54,161 nucleotides of DNA. Source: Thermoplasmataceae archaeon (GTDB lineage Archaea; Thermoplasmatota; Thermoplasmata; Thermoplasmatales; Thermoplasmataceae). Shown in pieces: positions 43,198-52,564 of the stretch. Numbering within the stretch: position 1 is the first letter of the stretch; each line of letters opens with the position of its first letter. The notes beneath the pieces were generated by a model. It was not told the DNA's origin. It saw only the letters and a list, made by a program, of their open reading frames with translations, and did no database searches. The DNA lies in contig JBJKQM010000016.1 of the NCBI GenBank assembly GCA_046705365.1, positions 1 through 54,161 on the forward strand, read 5' to 3'. The translations under genes and the position numbers were made by a program.

Positions 43198-45185
43198 CAG
43201 GTCACCCCCACTGCAATCATCACAGAATAGATCACTTTTATCAGAATAAATGGAAGGATAATTCCTCCTAAACCATATATGGAGACATTTCGCTTGAGGA
43301 GGTCCCCAATAGAGGTGGGCCTGTACCTTACGCCCCTTATTGCCATGGGTATGAGGAGCAGGATAATCAGGGTATTGAAAATAAGTGCAGCAGTAATTGC
43401 AACAATAGGGTTCTGGAGATTGAGGATATTGAGGAAATCGAGTTCCGGAAGAATTGTGAACATGGCTGGCACAATTACGAAGTATTTGGAGAGATCATTG
43501 GCAACACTGAAAGCGGAAAGTGCACCTCTGGTTATGAGAACCTGCTTTCCCAGGAAAATTATATCCATGAGTTTTGTTGGATCATTATCAAGATCTACCA
43601 TGTTTGCAGCATCCTTTGCCGCCTGCGTGCCATTATTCATTGCAAGGCCAACGTCCGCTCTGGACAAAGCTGGAGCATCATTTGTACCATCTCCCACCAT
43701 GGCAACCATCCTCTGCTGGTCTTTTTCCTTCAATACTACATTGTATTTGTCCATGGGAGTACTGTTTGCCACATACTCGTCAATGCCACTCTCGTTAGCT
43801 ATGAATGCAGCTGTCGTTTCATCATCCCCGGTGCACATTATGGTCTTTATGCTCATTTTCTTGAGACGTTCGAGCCTCTGCTTGATTCCTGGCTTGAGTA
43901 GGTCATTTAGCTCTATGACCCCGGCAAACTCTTCGTTTCTTACTACAACCAGAGCGGTTCCTCCCCTAAGTGAGACTTCTTTGCACAAACCCTCTATGTA
44001 AATATCGGAGAGGTTGTACTTCTTCTCAATGGCTTTCAGTGCACCCTTGAAGATTTCCTCCTCCCTGGATTTGACTCCACTGGATTTTGTTTCAGCTGAG
44101 AACGGCACGAATTTGTAATCCTTGAGGTCTTCCTTCTTAACTTCTATACCCTCCCGTTCAGCAAGTTTGACAATAGACATGCCTTCTTTTGTCAGATCAT
44201 CAAGGGAACTCATGGAGCAGTACCTGACAAAATCAGCGTAATCTACTCCTTTGTTGGGGTAGAACTTTACTGCTTCCCTCTCACCCATGGTGACTGTGCC
44301 AGTTTTGTCCAGTATTATAGTATCGATATCACCTGCGTTTTCAATCGCCTTTCCGCTTTTTGCGATGACATTGTATTGTGAGATCTTGTTGATAGAAGCG
44401 ACTCCAATTGCAGGAAGCAGTCCTCCGATAGTTGTTGGGATCAATGCAATAAGCAGGACAATCAAAACCATCAGGTTAGGCGTGAGTCCGGAGAAATATA
44501 TGGTGCTGAATAGCGCTGATACAACAATAAGGAAAATTAACGTGACACCGGAAAGGAACACAGTCAGGGAAATTTCATTTGGAGTCCTTGAACGCCTGGA
44601 GTTTTCCACAATGGAGATCATCTTGTCCAGGAAGGTTTCGCCAGGGTTATTGGTTACAACAACCTTGAGTCTATCCGTGACCAGTTTTGTGGAACCTGTC
44701 ACGCTGTCCCCGAAAATCTTCCTGGATGGCCTTGATTCTCCTGTGACGTTGGATTCGTTCACGAAACCGGTGCCTTCAATGATCTCACCGTCGATTGGTA
44801 TTATGTCTCCTGCTTCAATAAGGAGAATATCGCCCTTCTTGAGATCTGAGGAGTTTACCTCCTTGATCTCATCTCCGACTATGAGTTTGGCAATCACTTC
44901 TTTCTTGAGCTGCTTCAGGGAATCTGTAATTGCCTTGCTTTTGCTCTCTGAAATGGCAAGGCTGGTATTTGAAAAGAACAGGGTAAGGAAAAGATTGGTT
45001 ACGACTGCTATATAGAAGTAAGTATATGGCGTGCCGGTTGGTGCATTAAACCACGTGGGGAAAATAGCGATAAAAATTGAGATTATGAATGCAAATTCGG
45101 TCACAAACATAACCGGATTTGAGAAAAGATACTTCGGGCTGAAGTTTTTGAGAGCCTGTATTGCCACCTTAAAACCCTGATTCAA
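43194..45185 (-). CDS. kdpB: K+-transporting P-type ATPase subunit KdpB
   Basis: 663-aa ORF with DKTGTVT, MCTGDD and VGDGTNDAPAL. Confidence 0.9.
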   Translation of the reverse strand: MNQGFKVAIQALKNFSPKYLFSNPVMFVTEFAFIISIFIAIFPTWFNAPTGTPYTYFYIAVVTNLFLTLFFSNTSLAISESKSKAITDSLKQLKKEVIAKLIVGDEIKEVNSSDLKKGDILLIEAGDIIPIDGEIIEGTGFVNESNVTGESRPSRKIFGDSVTGSTKLVTDRLKVVVTNNPGETFLDKMISIVENSRRSRTPNEISLTVFLSGVTLIFLIVVSALFSTIYFSGLTPNLMVLIVLLIALIPTTIGGLLPAIGVASINKISQYNVIAKSGKAIENAGDIDTIILDKTGTVTMGEREAVKFYPNKGVDYADFVRYCSMSSLDDLTKEGMSIVKLAEREGIEVKKEDLKDYKFVPFSAETKSSGVKSREEEIFKGALKAIEKKYNLSDIYIEGLCKEVSLRGGTALVVVRNEEFAGVIELNDLLKPGIKQRLERLKKMSIKTIMCTGDDETTAAFIANESGIDEYVANSTPMDKYNVVLKEKDQQRMVAMVGDGTNDAPALSRADVGLAMNNGTQAAKDAANMVDLDNDPTKLMDIIFLGKQVLITRGALSAFSVANDLSKYFVIVPAMFTILPELDFLNILNLQNPIVAITAALIFNTLIILLLIPMAIRGVRYRPTSIGDLLKRNVSIYGLGGIILPFILIKVIYSVMIAVGVTW

Positions 45186-46966
45186 TGTAACACCCCCATT
45201 ATCGCAAGATTAAATGCGCGGGCCCAGGAAAGGAATGGCCCAAGTGCCAGTATCGGGAAGAAGGAAAGCACACCAAGCAGTATCATTACAGTAAGAAGCA
45301 TGAGCCCGTAGAGAAAAGTACCAGGATTTATGCTCCTCCCGAATTCAACTTTTGGGCTCTTGGAAGAAAATGAATCAGCAATGGCAAGCTGGAAGCCCAT
45401 TAAGAGGAACCTTCCCAGGATCATTATTATGCCGTCCAGATAGTTGAAATAGCTCTGGTTGGTAAGGAATCCCCCAATTTCAGATCCATTATTTGCGGCT
45501 GCTGTGCCAAATTCATAAAGGACCTGTGTAACCTGATCCGGTCTTGTAGATGGAAATCCTGCAAGCAGGGAGGGGAGCATCATTGTGACACCAAATGGAA
45601 TGAGTACAAGAAGCGGGTGGGTGACAAGGGATAAAGTTGAGTACTTAATTTCCTTTGAACTGATTTTAAGGCTCATGAGCTCCGGTAGCTTGCCTACCAT
45701 TAGTGAGGTTATGAAAGTGGTGAAAATTACGAACATGAAGAGATTCATCAATCCGGTTCCAACGCCACCTATGGGATCGTTGAGAAGAAGGTTTCCAAGT
45801 ATTCCAAGCGTGCCTGCAGGTGTAAATGCAAGCAGGGATGAATTAGCGGCACCAGTTGAGGTGAAAACCGCACCAGTGGCAAATATGGAACTCTGCGACA
45901 ATCCTATTGCAGTTTCCTTGCCCAGCATGTTTCCAGTATATAGGGTGCCGAGGTTGGAGAGTGCCGGTATCCCTGTGTATTCACCGAAAAATGTTAAAAA
46001 TGTTGTAAAAAGGAATACGATCATGACAACTGCGTACAGCATGTTTGAAAATCCCCTGCTGTTGAAAACCCTGCCAAGGGAAAATATGGAACCCAGCGGG
46101 ATCAAGGTGAAACCCACAAACTCCGAAAGATTGGTGAACCAATTAGGATTTTCAAAGGGGAACCCGGCGTTTGCGCCATAAAATCCGCCTCCATTTGTCC
46201 CAATATTCTTGATGCCTTCAAGGGTTGCAACAGGGCCCAGCGGGATGTTTACAATCCCTGATCCGCCAAGAACCTGCACATGCATTGCACTCGCCAAGGT
46301 CTGTGGAACTCCAAAAAGGAGAAGAATGACAGTGAGGCCAATTGAGAGTGGAAGTATCAGATAGAATATGGACACCAGGAAATCGTGGTAAAAATTACCA
46401 AGAAAACCTTTGTCATTAAGTATTCCCCTTATGAATGCCATGGATGCAGCAAAGCCAGTCCCTGCACCTACGAACATGAGGCCTGTAATAACAAAAGTCT
46501 GGCTGAAATAGGTGAGGCTAAGGGGATTTGAATAATGCTGCAGATTTGTGTTTGTCAGGAAGCTGGTTACAGTATTGAACGTCAATGATGCATCAAAATG
46601 CGAATATCCGCCCCCAAAAGGAAGGAAATTCTGGAAATAAAGGATAAAAAAAGTTATGATGCCCGCGAAGGCGTTAAACATCAGGAGGTTAAAAAAATAC
46701 TCCCTGAATTTCATGGTCTTTTCCTGGTTTTCCCCGAAGATCTTTTCAAAAAATGCAACAACTCTTCCGGACACTGGGTCAAGAAAAGTTGGTTCTCCAA
46801 GATACAGCTTTTTTATGTATCCGGAGATGAAAAATGCCATCACTGACATTATTAGAATGTAAATCAGAATGATGAATGAACCTGAAACTATCCGGTTGTT
46901 AAGGAAGAAGTTACCCCAGAACGACGGCGTTCCGGTGGACAAAAACAATGAACCAGTATAACTCAA
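45182..46966 (-). CDS. kdpA: K+-transporting ATPase subunit KdpA
   Basis: 594-aa polytopic ORF with a TTG start. It has selectivity-filter-like TNGGGF and NNGS motifs. Confidence 0.85.
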   Translation of the reverse strand: MSYTGSLFLSTGTPSFWGNFFLNNRIVSGSFIILIYILIMSVMAFFISGYIKKLYLGEPTFLDPVSGRVVAFFEKIFGENQEKTMKFREYFFNLLMFNAFAGIITFFILYFQNFLPFGGGYSHFDASLTFNTVTSFLTNTNLQHYSNPLSLTYFSQTFVITGLMFVGAGTGFAASMAFIRGILNDKGFLGNFYHDFLVSIFYLILPLSIGLTVILLLFGVPQTLASAMHVQVLGGSGIVNIPLGPVATLEGIKNIGTNGGGFYGANAGFPFENPNWFTNLSEFVGFTLIPLGSIFSLGRVFNSRGFSNMLYAVVMIVFLFTTFLTFFGEYTGIPALSNLGTLYTGNMLGKETAIGLSQSSIFATGAVFTSTGAANSSLLAFTPAGTLGILGNLLLNDPIGGVGTGLMNLFMFVIFTTFITSLMVGKLPELMSLKISSKEIKYSTLSLVTHPLLVLIPFGVTMMLPSLLAGFPSTRPDQVTQVLYEFGTAAANNGSEIGGFLTNQSYFNYLDGIIMILGRFLLMGFQLAIADSFSSKSPKVEFGRSINPGTFLYGLMLLTVMILLGVLSFFPILALGPFLSWARAFNLAIMGVLH

Positions 46967-47052
46967 AATTTCTCAGCTCCGACTATTGTGTAGAAGAGGT
47001 AAGCTGCAAGACCTAAGACAATAAGCCCAACCGCTATGTACGCAACAATCAT
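46963..47052 (-). CDS. kdpF: K+-transporting ATPase subunit KdpF (29 aa)
   Basis: Not in the ORF track because it is under 60 aa. My own translation gives MIVAYIAVGLIVLGLAAYLFYTIVGAEKF, a single TM helix with the AExF-type C-terminus seen in KdpF. Its TGA stop overlaps the TTG start of kdpA. Confidence 0.7.
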   Translation of the reverse strand: MIVAYIAVGLIVLGLAAYLFYTIVGAEKF

Positions 47053-47080
47053 CGGTTTCCCACTTTAATGTAACGAGAGT

Positions 47081-47090
47081 ATTTAAAAAT
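47081..47090 (-). promoter_or_regulatory. TATA-like box upstream of kdpF
   Basis: The minus strand reads ATTTTTAAAT, centred about 33 nt upstream of the kdpF ATG. Confidence 0.35.
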
Positions 47091-47145
47091 GACCTGAAAG
47101 ATTTATTTGGGCGAATATCGCCACAGCCATATATATAAGGAAAAA

Positions 47146-48690
47146 TCAGTTCAATATTTTTCCCATGTATGGGCCAACCCTTTCATAGCCCTGCTTCCTG
47201 AAATACCCTCTTACGCCTATACCGCTTATGACAAGTATCCTGTTGAGCCCGAGTTCGTCTCTTGTTATTCTTTCGGCCTCCCTAAGCAATTCTCTTCCTA
47301 TTCCGCGGTGTTGCCAGAGTTCCTCAGAGTGTGTGCCAACAGGTACTACTTCACCTAGAACCTTGATCTCTCTTATGACAGAACTGCCCAGCATTTCTTC
47401 ACGGTGATATAGTTCGGATGGTTTTCTCAGCCTCAGGAAACCAAATATGCTTTCCGGATTCTCGTAAGAAAGAAAGATTTCCTTCCCGGAGGCTGCATCA
47501 TAATCTCTTCTGACAAGTTCCATGTCCCTGGAACTGCCGTGTGAAATGCCAATTTCACGGCTCCTGATTTCCATAGTTTTTACGCCCCGCTCCTTCAGCT
47601 TGTTGTCAACGATATTCCTGATATCACTTCTCTTGACCCCTGCCTCAATGAACTTGACCGGGATGTCCCGCTGCATTCTCTGAACTCTGATCCATGGAGG
47701 CATTTTTTCCATAAAATATGCCACGAGGTCCGCTACTTCCTCAGTATCCGGCGGAACATACTTCCCCTGTTTCCAGAGGCGATAAAGCGAAGTCCCTTTC
47801 ACGACCAGTGTCGGGTAGATTTTAAGCATGTCAGGCTTGAAGTCTGAATCAGAGATCATCCTGTTAAAACTGGCTTTGTCGTCTTCCACAGTGGTACCAT
47901 ACATGCCCGGCATGACATGATATACTATCTTGAGTCCGGCATCCCTTGAAAGTTGTGTTGATCTGATGACCTCTTCAATTCCATGGCCTCTTCCGTTAAG
48001 TCTCAGAGATTCCTCGTGAAGAACCTGGACACCAAGTTCCACCTTTGTAGTGCCGTACGAAAGCGCAAGATCAATGTCTTTCTCCATGAACCAGTCAGGC
48101 TTAGTCTCCACTGTAAGACCAATGCATCTCCTTTCCGCGGTCTCGTTGATCTCAATGGACTGTTGGAGGGTAGGGGCAAGTTCCCGGTTCATAGCGTCTA
48201 TACACCCCTTGATGTAATCCTCCTGATATTCCTTTGATCTTGCAGTGAAAGTCCCACCCATTATTATGAGATCAATCTTGCTCGTATCGTGCCCTATTGT
48301 TTCAAGCTGCTTCAGCCTGTTAAAAACAATCCTGTATGAATCGTAATCGTTATCCCTGCCCCTCAGGGCAGCAGGCTCATATCCGGTGTAAGCCTGCGGA
48401 GAGTTATTCTCAACGCCGCCCGGACAGTAGATACACTTGCCATGCGGACACCTCTCGGGAGACGTCATTGCAGCCACAACTGCCACTCCAGAAATAGTCC
48501 TTGTTGGTTTTATCCTGAGGAGTGAATGGTATCTTTCGTCCACAAGACCAGAGGTGAGTATCTCTGTGTCTCCAGGTATGTAATCAAGCCTAAGCTCTCG
48601 CGCCAGTGCCATCTTTCTCCGCTGGAGTTCCTCACGGTTAAGGATTTTCCCTTGGTTTATCTCCCTCCCGATGAGCTCATAGAATTCCAT
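47146..48690 (-). CDS. elp3: Elp3-type tRNA uridine(34) modification enzyme (radical SAM plus GNAT)
   Basis: 514-aa ORF with a radical-SAM Cys cluster (CPHGKCIYCPGG) and a C-terminal GNAT domain (WQHRGIGRELLREAERI). Confidence 0.85.
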   Translation of the reverse strand: MEFYELIGREINQGKILNREELQRRKMALARELRLDYIPGDTEILTSGLVDERYHSLLRIKPTRTISGVAVVAAMTSPERCPHGKCIYCPGGVENNSPQAYTGYEPAALRGRDNDYDSYRIVFNRLKQLETIGHDTSKIDLIIMGGTFTARSKEYQEDYIKGCIDAMNRELAPTLQQSIEINETAERRCIGLTVETKPDWFMEKDIDLALSYGTTKVELGVQVLHEESLRLNGRGHGIEEVIRSTQLSRDAGLKIVYHVMPGMYGTTVEDDKASFNRMISDSDFKPDMLKIYPTLVVKGTSLYRLWKQGKYVPPDTEEVADLVAYFMEKMPPWIRVQRMQRDIPVKFIEAGVKRSDIRNIVDNKLKERGVKTMEIRSREIGISHGSSRDMELVRRDYDAASGKEIFLSYENPESIFGFLRLRKPSELYHREEMLGSSVIREIKVLGEVVPVGTHSEELWQHRGIGRELLREAERITRDELGLNRILVISGIGVRGYFRKQGYERVGPYMGKILN

Positions 48691-48772
48691 TCTTCTCCAA
48701 GATTGCTATTTGAGTAAAATATTTTCCAGGCACCAAGGACAATCTTATTTATTCCCATTCCACTGAGGTAGC

Positions 48773-49258
48773 ATGGTCGTTCTGGATATTGTTGAAATTG
48801 ATATGCCAAAGGATTCAAACGTAATCCTGGGATATTCACACTTTATCAAGACAGTTGAAGATCTCAATGAAATAATCAGGACTCACATACCACAGGCAAG
48901 TTACGCCATTGCATTTTCAGAAGCTTCAGGAGAGAGACTTGTAAGATACGAAGGAAACGATGAGGAATTACTTGAGAAAGCTGTGGATGCAATAAAACGT
49001 CTATCTGCAGGTCACACTTTCATAATATTCCTGAGGAACGCCTTTCCTATCTCTATTCTGAATCAGATTAAGAACTGCCAGGAGGTAGGAAGAATTTTTG
49101 CCGCAACCGCCAATCCTCTTTCTGTCATAATAGTGAAGTCTGAGAGGGGAAACGGAGTAGCGGGCGTAATAGACGGTTATTCTCCTCTTGGAGTGGAAGA
49201 AGAGGAGCACAAAAATAAGAGAAGGAAATTCCTCAGGGACATTGGCTACAAAAGCTGA
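48773..49258 (+). CDS. Adenosine-specific kinase family protein (COG1839-like)
   Basis: 161-aa ORF with GYSHFIKTVEDLNEII...AFSEASGERLVRYEGND...GHTFIIFLRNAFPISILN. Confidence 0.6.
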   Translation: MVVLDIVEIDMPKDSNVILGYSHFIKTVEDLNEIIRTHIPQASYAIAFSEASGERLVRYEGNDEELLEKAVDAIKRLSAGHTFIIFLRNAFPISILNQIKNCQEVGRIFAATANPLSVIIVKSERGNGVAGVIDGYSPLGVEEEEHKNKRRKFLRDIGYKS

Positions 49259-49331
49259 GGGCCCGTAGTGTAATGGATTATCACCTAGGCCTCCGGAGCC
49301 TATGATCCGGGTTCGAATCCCGGCGGGTCCG
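49259..49331 (+). tRNA. tRNA-Arg (anticodon CCG)
   Basis: I folded it by hand.
- Acceptor stem: GGGCCCG/CGGGTCC
- D arm: GTGT...ATCAC
- Anticodon stem: TAGGC/GCCTA
- Anticodon loop: CTCCGGA
- T arm: CCGGG-TTCGAAT-CCCGG
- Discriminator: G, followed by TTTT. Confidence 0.85.
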
Positions 49332-49437
49332 TTTTATAAAAATCACCAGTTCTACGACCTACGCTTAACACAGATTTCGTCTTAAGTGTCGAATCGTACC
49401 ATAATTCTATTATTTCAAGATTAGAAATTGAGATACT

Positions 49438-50079
49438 ATGGTAGCTCACGCAGCCCTTGCTGTTATTGCTGCACTGGTTATAACCGGTGGTGCAGGAGCG
49501 GCAGCAGTGGCAAATGGAATGCTTCACACTGGAGGTGTGGGAACGTTTAACCTGGGCACCCTGAATGCAGGAGAAACAGGAAACGTTACCGTAACAACCA
49601 GTATTGATCTGAACAGCTCAGGTGTCTACCACTTCAATATGGAAAAAGAAGACCACATTGGCAACACTTTCTCGACCTTTTCCGTATCTGTAGCGGTAAA
49701 TGGCACGACATACAACCTCAGCAATGGAGAGGGAAATGACTCTGGTGTTAACCTTACTGCAGGAAATCACACGTTCACAATCGCACTGCACTATGTGGTA
49801 AGGAACCATGTTGTTTCAAGCAACGAAACAAACGTACCTTTCCTGTTCCTTCACAAATCTGATGGCTTTGGAGACCACAACCAGACAAGTGAACTCAATG
49901 AAACAGAAATTAATGACTCCGCAGTTATTGTTCACTCTGCCGATTCAAATATAACACATGAGAACGGTCCAATGAAATTTGCACTTGCCTACATCACGTT
50001 CAATGTGAACGGAACTGTTGGACAGCAGGGTGAAGACCACAGCGGATCAGACAACATGCTGGCCAGGGCTTTTGCTTAA
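49438..50079 (+). CDS. Secreted/anchored sequon-rich protein
   Basis: 213-aa ORF with an N-terminal hydrophobic helix (AALAVIAALVITGGAGAAAV) and more than 10 N-x-S/T sites. Confidence 0.5.
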   Translation: MVAHAALAVIAALVITGGAGAAAVANGMLHTGGVGTFNLGTLNAGETGNVTVTTSIDLNSSGVYHFNMEKEDHIGNTFSTFSVSVAVNGTTYNLSNGEGNDSGVNLTAGNHTFTIALHYVVRNHVVSSNETNVPFLFLHKSDGFGDHNQTSELNETEINDSAVIVHSADSNITHENGPMKFALAYITFNVNGTVGQQGEDHSGSDNMLARAFA

Positions 50080-50141
50080 GTCATTATTAAATAATCTATA
50101 AAACCAAAATATATTATTTTTCATTTCAATTGCAATCAATA

Positions 50142-50609
50142 ATGATTCAATTAATCCCTATTTCTAATGAAGATTTTGAAAAAGATCTAAAGGTCTGGAT
50201 AAACGAGTATGCTGAAGAAAAAGTAAAGGCAGGCACCTGGCCGGAAGAGGGTTCTCTGGAGCGATCCGAAAAAGAATTCAGCAGGCTCCTGCCAAAGGGC
50301 AAAGATACCCCTGATCAGCACATATTGAGCATAGTGGATGAGGCTGGAACCAAGCTGGGAAGCCTGTGGTTTGGGGTTTACAGAGACACAGAACCATTTG
50401 GTGCATTCATCTGGGATATCAGGTTAACAGAAAACGTCAGAGGAAAAGGGTACGGAAAGGAGACTATGACGGCACTTGATAACTTGCTCAAGGAACTTGG
50501 CATTGGCAAAGTTACCCTTCATGTTTTTGCACACAATGAGGTTGCGATCAATCTTTACAAAAAAATGGGCTATAAGACTACCGATATTATGATGGCAAAA
50601 GAATATTAG
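50142..50609 (+). CDS. GNAT-family N-acetyltransferase
   Basis: It contains VRGKGYGKETMTALDNLLKELG...NEVAINLYKKMGY. I prefer ATG 50142 over TTG 50130. Confidence 0.75.
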   Translation: MIQLIPISNEDFEKDLKVWINEYAEEKVKAGTWPEEGSLERSEKEFSRLLPKGKDTPDQHILSIVDEAGTKLGSLWFGVYRDTEPFGAFIWDIRLTENVRGKGYGKETMTALDNLLKELGIGKVTLHVFAHNEVAINLYKKMGYKTTDIMMAKEY

Positions 50610-50620
50610 AAAAATGGTTT

Positions 50621-51100
50621 TCAGAGGATTTTTCCGTATACGTCCACTATCTCTCTGAAGCCCAGATCCTTGTAGAAATTTAGGGCAATTGGGTTAAGCG
50701 CAGGAAATTCCGCGGTAACCAATTTAATTCCCCTTTCTTTGAGTTCTTCGTATACCCGATCAATAAGAAGCTTTCCAGCACCTGTTCTCCTGACTTCCGG
50801 CATTACATAGAACTCAACGATCCTTGCCTCGGTTTCCGGGACATAATAGGATCTTTTGAGCAGGTTGACTGAAATTATTCCAACAAGTTTTCCGCCCCTG
50901 TCAGCTACGAGGGCTATTCGTGACTCCTTGTCTTCGACCATTGACTTCAGATGTCGCTCAGCATCACTCTTTGCGTCGTCAGCAACATTGAAAATTGAGT
51001 CGAATTCCCCGTTGAGCTTCTTGAGCCTCAACAGAAGATCAGTAACTTTGGCGATATCCTGTTCCTTAAGCGGCCTTATTTCAACTTCATTTTTTGACAT
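50621..51100 (-). CDS. GNAT-family N-acetyltransferase
   Basis: It contains VRRTGAGKLLIDRVYEELKERG...NPIALNFYKDLGF. I prefer ATG 51100 over GTG 51109. Confidence 0.75.
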   Translation of the reverse strand: MSKNEVEIRPLKEQDIAKVTDLLLRLKKLNGEFDSIFNVADDAKSDAERHLKSMVEDKESRIALVADRGGKLVGIISVNLLKRSYYVPETEARIVEFYVMPEVRRTGAGKLLIDRVYEELKERGIKLVTAEFPALNPIALNFYKDLGFREIVDVYGKIL

Positions 51101-52430
51101 CTGCACCACCTGGTAATTCTCTGATCAGTTTCTCATCCATGAGACGAATATACATTTTCCTGTTGGTTTCTATCATTTCTTCGGCGATCTTGAAGAATCC
51201 CTCTTTTGAATTTGCCTTTCTAGCAAGGCCCATCTCAACCGTCTTCGATGCAACCGCTGATGCCACTTTCGGGTACAGTTCCCATTCTTCCATTGTTGGG
51301 ACTATCCTGTCTTCTGACGGATCCTTGACAAAGTTGGCTATTTCATAAGAGGCCGTCACCATTATGTCAAAATTAACTCCCTTGGCCCTGGCATCCAGAA
51401 CTCCCCTGAACACTCCGGGAAAAACAAGGCTGTTGTTGACCTGATTCGGGAAATCTCCTCTTCCGGTTGCAACAATGCTTGCGCCTGCCTCTTTTGCAGC
51501 TTCCGGCCAGATCTCGGGAACTGGATTAGCCAGGGCAAAGAGGATGGCATTGTCATTCATTGATTTGATCCATTCCTTCTTTATTGTGTCAGGTCCTGGT
51601 TTTGCAGCTGATATCACTACATCAGCACCTTTGAAGGCCAACTCCGCAGGACCTTTCAGCCTCTCCCCATTTGTGCGCATTGCAAGTTTATACTTCCATG
51701 GATTGTTGAGCATTAGGCTATCCATGTCCTCCCTTTCAGGTTCCAGAATGCCCTTTGAATCAGCCATTATTATATTCTTCTCCCTGAATCCTGCAGCGAA
51801 GAGAAGATGGGCAGCTGCAATATTGGCAGCTCCGGAGCCAAGCAGAACTATTTTTGCATCCTCGATCTTCTTCCCAGCGACCCTCAATGAGTTGATGAGC
51901 CCGGCAAGTGTTATACAGGCTGTCCCAAGCTGGTCATCATGCCAGGCAGGGATGGATAAGCTCTTTTGCAGTTCTTCCAATACGAAGAAACATTTGGGAG
52001 ATTCAATATCTTCGAGGTTGAAACCTCCGAAGGATGGTTCGAGAGCCTTGGCCACAGTGATGAACTCATCCTTAGTCTTTGTGCGTATAGGTATTGGGAC
52101 AGCATTTACTGCTCCCAGGAAATTGAAAATCAGTGATTTGCCCTCCATGACAGGCATAGCCGCTTCTGCGCCAATGTTTCCAAGTCCCAGAACCCTGGAT
52201 CCGTCTGTCAGTATAGCTATACTGTTCCATCTTCCTGTGAGTTCGAACGAGAGCTCGGGGTCTTCTGCAATTTTTCTTGATACAGCCGCAACCCCAGGAG
52301 TATACCAAACAGAAAAATCCTCAAGCCTCCTGACAGGGACTTTCGACATTACCTGGATTTTGCCTTTGTAATATTCTGAATACTCTATTGCTTTCTTGTT
52401 AAAGCCTTCAGTTCTGGAAAAGTCGTCCAT
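51087..52430 (-). CDS. NAD(P)-dependent malic enzyme (short archaeal/bacterial type)
   Basis: 447-aa ORF with YTPGVA, VLGLGNIGAEAAMPVMEGKSLIF, FNLEDI and LLGSGAANIA. Confidence 0.85.
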   Translation of the reverse strand: MDDFSRTEGFNKKAIEYSEYYKGKIQVMSKVPVRRLEDFSVWYTPGVAAVSRKIAEDPELSFELTGRWNSIAILTDGSRVLGLGNIGAEAAMPVMEGKSLIFNFLGAVNAVPIPIRTKTKDEFITVAKALEPSFGGFNLEDIESPKCFFVLEELQKSLSIPAWHDDQLGTACITLAGLINSLRVAGKKIEDAKIVLLGSGAANIAAAHLLFAAGFREKNIIMADSKGILEPEREDMDSLMLNNPWKYKLAMRTNGERLKGPAELAFKGADVVISAAKPGPDTIKKEWIKSMNDNAILFALANPVPEIWPEAAKEAGASIVATGRGDFPNQVNNSLVFPGVFRGVLDARAKGVNFDIMVTASYEIANFVKDPSEDRIVPTMEEWELYPKVASAVASKTVEMGLARKANSKEGFFKIAEEMIETNRKMYIRLMDEKLIRELPGGADVKK

Positions 52431-52564
52431 TAAATCAATATATGGATTTTTTCTGGGTTAATTAACGTTATCTATGAAAAACGACGCTCAATTCGGGATT
52501 TGCCGATTTTCTGGAAAATTTCTAAATTCAAAAGAGTTTATGCTTTGATTAGAATCTGGAATCC

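Noticed and set aside
43279-45015. Two long plus-strand ORFs (240 and 242 aa) inside kdpB
   Set aside because: Both are antisense to a P-type ATPase carrying DKTGT and GDGTNDAP. Their composition (S, L, P, T rich) is typical of shadow ORFs.
51475-52371. 298-aa plus-strand ORF inside the malic enzyme gene
   Set aside because: It is a shadow ORF opposite a well-supported malic enzyme and has no motifs.
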